A stretch of DNA of 63,439 nt, filler included, from Perkinsus chesapeaki ATCC PRA-425 (lineage: Eukaryota > Protista > Perkinsozoa): assembly GCA_013115145.1 (NCBI GenBank). It is 6 parts of 6 records of this genome, joined end to end, with 100 filler letters (N's around TTAATTAATTAA, not from the genome) between each part and the next. Parts side by side here need not be neighbours in the genome. Positions count along the whole stretch, not along the records: positions 53,961 to 60,408 come from JAAPAO010001085.1; positions 60,509 to 62,072 come from JAAPAO010001894.1; positions 62,173 to 63,439 come from JAAPAO010002068.1; 3 more parts are not named here. One strand, given 5' to 3'. The notes below the pieces were generated by a model. It ran no database searches, was not told the origin of the DNA, and was given only the letters and a program-made list of their open reading frames with translations. Positions 60,335 through 63,439 of this stretch are shown here, piece by piece. Every line of letters begins with the position of its first letter. The stretch's first letter is position 1. A program made the translations under genes and the position numbers.

Positions 60335-61589
60335 ATGTTGTGTCCACTGTCCCTGTATGCTAGTAAGCTAGGCTAGTACGCTAGTGGCCAATATCCCCAT
60401 ATCCATAANNNNNNNNNNNNNNNNNNNNNNNNNNNNNNNNNNNNNNNNNNNNTTAATTAATTAANNNNNNNNNNNNNNNNNNNNNNNNNNNNNNNNNNNN
60501 NNNNNNNNCAAAGGAGATAACGAGATACGCAACGACTTATGTGACAATTACACATAAGACTAAAACTGCAGTGTTGAAATATCTGTCGCCCGCCAAACCG
60601 TTACAATCAATATTTGACCAAATGAAAGCGAGCAGCAGCACATCCACACAGCGCTTCCAGCGCTTATGTTTTATACCTCATGTACGCCACAGCCATGTGT
60701 CTCGAAAGCATTGAACGGCTGCTGAATAATCGGACTATTATAGCACGTCCCTTCAAGATTGCTCAGAGAGAGAGGGACCCTCTCAGAGGGTGAAGCGAGG
60801 TTACGGAAAACAACAATGAAGGAGAATGACAGATGATCATTCATAATATGAATAATCATGAATTTCCTATCGTTGTTTTGAAATTGTGACCGATGGACGG
60901 ATAACCCGTGACGGATTTGGCCGCATAATCAGCATTATTTCTGCGTAAATGATTATAACTATACTGTATATACCGAATGTACTATCAATAGGCGAAACTG
61001 AGCCTGCTTATACGACGGTAATCGCGTGACACAAAAACTCCCCCCTCACCTGATTCAGAGCCCTCAGTGAGTTGATGGGCATCACCGGTGACGCTGAAGT
61101 AGAATGATTTCGTAGATTCGAGAAGAGAGCCAGAGGCTCACCTTCGAACCGTCGAACCTTTTACTCGGATTTCTATTATCTGCAAGCCTGGCAGAGAGGG
61201 AACGCCGTCCTCGGAAGTCCCGATTCGGGACGGTTATACGACAGCTCGATGACTTCGAGCTTGATATTCGAGGATTAATCAATCAAGCTATTAATTCTGA
61301 GCTACATCGTATTATAGCGTCTACGATGTTCTCAGTCTCTTCGCAGAGTCGCCGTGTTCTGACAAGAACGTTCTCCTTGAATGGGATATACAGTTAGCAT
61401 TCAAACTGATTGTAGTTTCTGACGGAGATTGACCTGCGTTGACCTTCCTTGGTCCCCAAGACAATGAGTCCTTAGTAAGGTCACCTTACTCCAGTACACG
61501 TGTTTTATCATTTAGTCTTGTTACTTCTCCACCTTTTTTGCCATTATTTCGGTTGTGCCCATTTGTATTACTGTTGTGCCTTCTCGGTT

Positions 61590-62017
61590 CAACAGATAAT
61601 CGACTGCAGCACATCTTGCGGAAACAGGGGAGCTTGGACAACTGCTAGACGTGGGAAATTGCTTTTTCTTTAGGGGTTGTTATGGTGGGAGAAGTAGGTA
61701 TATGTATGCGGCATACAGTGTGCCTAGGCTCGCAACGAGGGTATGGTAGAAGCCTCTAGCTACCCTTTTGAAGCTAAAATTGTTACCAAGCCGCAGAATC
61801 TGTGCATCAAAATTATACCTTCAGTGATGCCGAGCTCGAGACGAAGATTCACCCATCGTAGGCCGGAGATATAGCACATTTCTATAAGACTCTTCCCGCA
61901 TATGAAGCAAGTATGACGGAGGCTGTTGCACAAGGGCCAGTAGCTGTGAGCTTGTCAAGCTCAATGAATGCTGACGCGGTAGCATTCAAGAAATATAGGT
62001 CGGGAATTATTACAGGT
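61590..62017 (+). CDS. Third, divergent cathepsin L-like fragment (catalytic Cys exon not found; truncated by the contig end)
   Basis: SVQQIIDCSTSCGNR / GCYGG / SSYPFEAK / EAVAQGPVAVSL...FKKYRSGIITG. Confidence 0.7.
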
Positions 62018-62172
62018 TAGCCAACACATTGATATAACGTGCTGCGGATGTACTATGTTTCAGCCAAGGCCTNNNNNNNNNNNNNNNNNNNNNNNNNNNN
62101 NNNNNNNNNNNNNNNNTTAATTAATTAANNNNNNNNNNNNNNNNNNNNNNNNNNNNNNNNNNNNNNNNNNNN

Positions 62173-63439
62173 AACATTGTCTCCCTTTTTGAAGAAAAAG
62201 TAAATACACAGAACAGCTTAGCAGAAATCAAGGGATCTCGTCACAACCTGCGGCCCGACAGCATGGGTGGCACAGGACCCCATCGTAGCGGGTCCCTGCA
62301 AGGCTGAAGACCTCTCTTCTGGAGATCGCGTCAGATGAAGGCAGGCAAAGTTCCTCGCCCTCGACGCATCTCAGTAAAAGGCGCCCATCCTCCGCTCGTG
62401 ACCAATATGCCCCCATGTGGCGAACGGGACTGGGCTGGTTTGGGCTGTCCGGAACAGGCACGTCGATGGAGTCACGTTTTTCTGGGGGGCAGGCTGCACC
62501 GATTAGAGGGGAAATGGCCACTAAGAGCTCACGGAGAGCGACAACCCTGTCGCGATCCCCAAAGAGAGCTATGTCGTCATAGTAGGGAAGAGCCGATACT
62601 CCTCCTCCAATATCCAAGAACTCCTTAGTGTCCCGCCTGGAGACAGCTCGACCAAGAAGCCCGGCATAGGCGCAATTCAGAAGAAGGGTAACCTGGGCTG
62701 CCAAGGCGGCTGGCCCACATCGAATTCCGAAGACAACACGGTCGCAACGAAAGTTGCGACCGGCTGTCTTGATTCAGACGCACGGTCGGCGGGCAAGCCT
62801 GAGCATATAGAAGGCCTTCTGCAAGTCTACGAGCTCCAGGTGGTCCTTAGGACCAACCCGGGCCCGTAGGATACCCAACACTTCGGGCACGCTATGTCCG
62901 CTATAGCTTGCGACAGGAAGGCACAGGTTGGGGCCCCGCATATCGCTGCATAAACGTATACGAGTAGTCTTATGAGAGCCTTGGGAAAGGGGAAAAGTAC
63001 AACAAGGTAGATCAAGAGGTTTCTCATCACTAGTAGGTACGCCTTCCCTCCACCAGTTCCGGTTGATCATGCCAGACAACTCGTCAGTAAAGCACTGGTT
63101 CTCCTCTTGCGATAACTGGCGCAGCATGGGCACTTTGTAATCAACCTTGGATCGCCGCGCGAACCGCTGGTATTCAGTAAGGCGCTTGCCTTCCAAGGGA
63201 ATGTCGTCCCAGTCTATCTCGAACACATATAGTTGGGCAGGATCGTCCTTATGTTCCCCTGGCAGGAGTCTCCGGAGGCGAGCCCGATAGTGTGGCGCTC
63301 CTGGCAGAGGGACCCATACATCTAGACTGTCCACCAGAGCCTTCTTAGCTGTGGATAGTGGGTCGGTATCGTGATCTGAGGGGACGCGTGCTCTCTTAGG
63401 GTTGGGAGTCATACTTGGTGTAACGCAACCAAAGCCGGT
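62173..63439 (-). mobile_element. BEL/Pao-like LTR retrotransposon pol fragment (reverse transcriptase) with an in-frame stop
   Basis: RLCSDMRGPN, DLQKAFYML, RVVFGIRCGPAAL, YYDD, then ISRREVFSLAGTRYD (Pao-like TKRxVLSxxAxxFD). A TGA at 62774-62776 splits two same-frame ORFs. Confidence 0.8.

Overview
Eukaryotic, intron-rich DNA with short GT-AG introns. It is most consistent with a Perkinsus-like alveolate; this is inferred from the CDPK, cathepsin-L expansion, BEL/Pao-type RT and gene structure, not from a database search. The window is at least six contigs joined by artificial 100-bp N44-TTAATTAATTAA-N44 linkers, so adjacency across 18917, 34307, 53861, 60409 and 62073 is unproven. Recognisable genes: a CDPK with an extra N-terminal Zn-finger and two extra EF-hands, CLPTM1-like, makorin-like, SRP54, three cathepsin-L-like copies, RMC1/Mic1-like, a CaCA-family exchanger, a zf-CW protein, MYCBP-like, a p25alpha/EF-hand-like protein and a decayed BEL/Pao-like RT. 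Two intact tRNAs (Gln-CTG, Arg-TCT) and two decayed tRNA-like sequences all lie inside introns. The most striking unannotated signal is a ~7.2-kb multi-exon gene (24496-31697) encoding a signal peptide followed by about 14 highly diverged copies of a two-Cys module ending in F-x5-A-x2-FA-x2-WG, reminiscent of a PH/EVH1-like fold. Other accessory signals: two intronless secreted paralogues with NLS-like linkers, a duplicated Cys-rich tail, a shared intronic motif (AATTTCGTGGCGCG), a ~5-kb tandem duplication carrying LEA_2-like membrane genes with a gene-conversion signature, a TIR-bounded insertion and several perfect palindromes. Gene models were spliced by eye, and identities are visual estimates.
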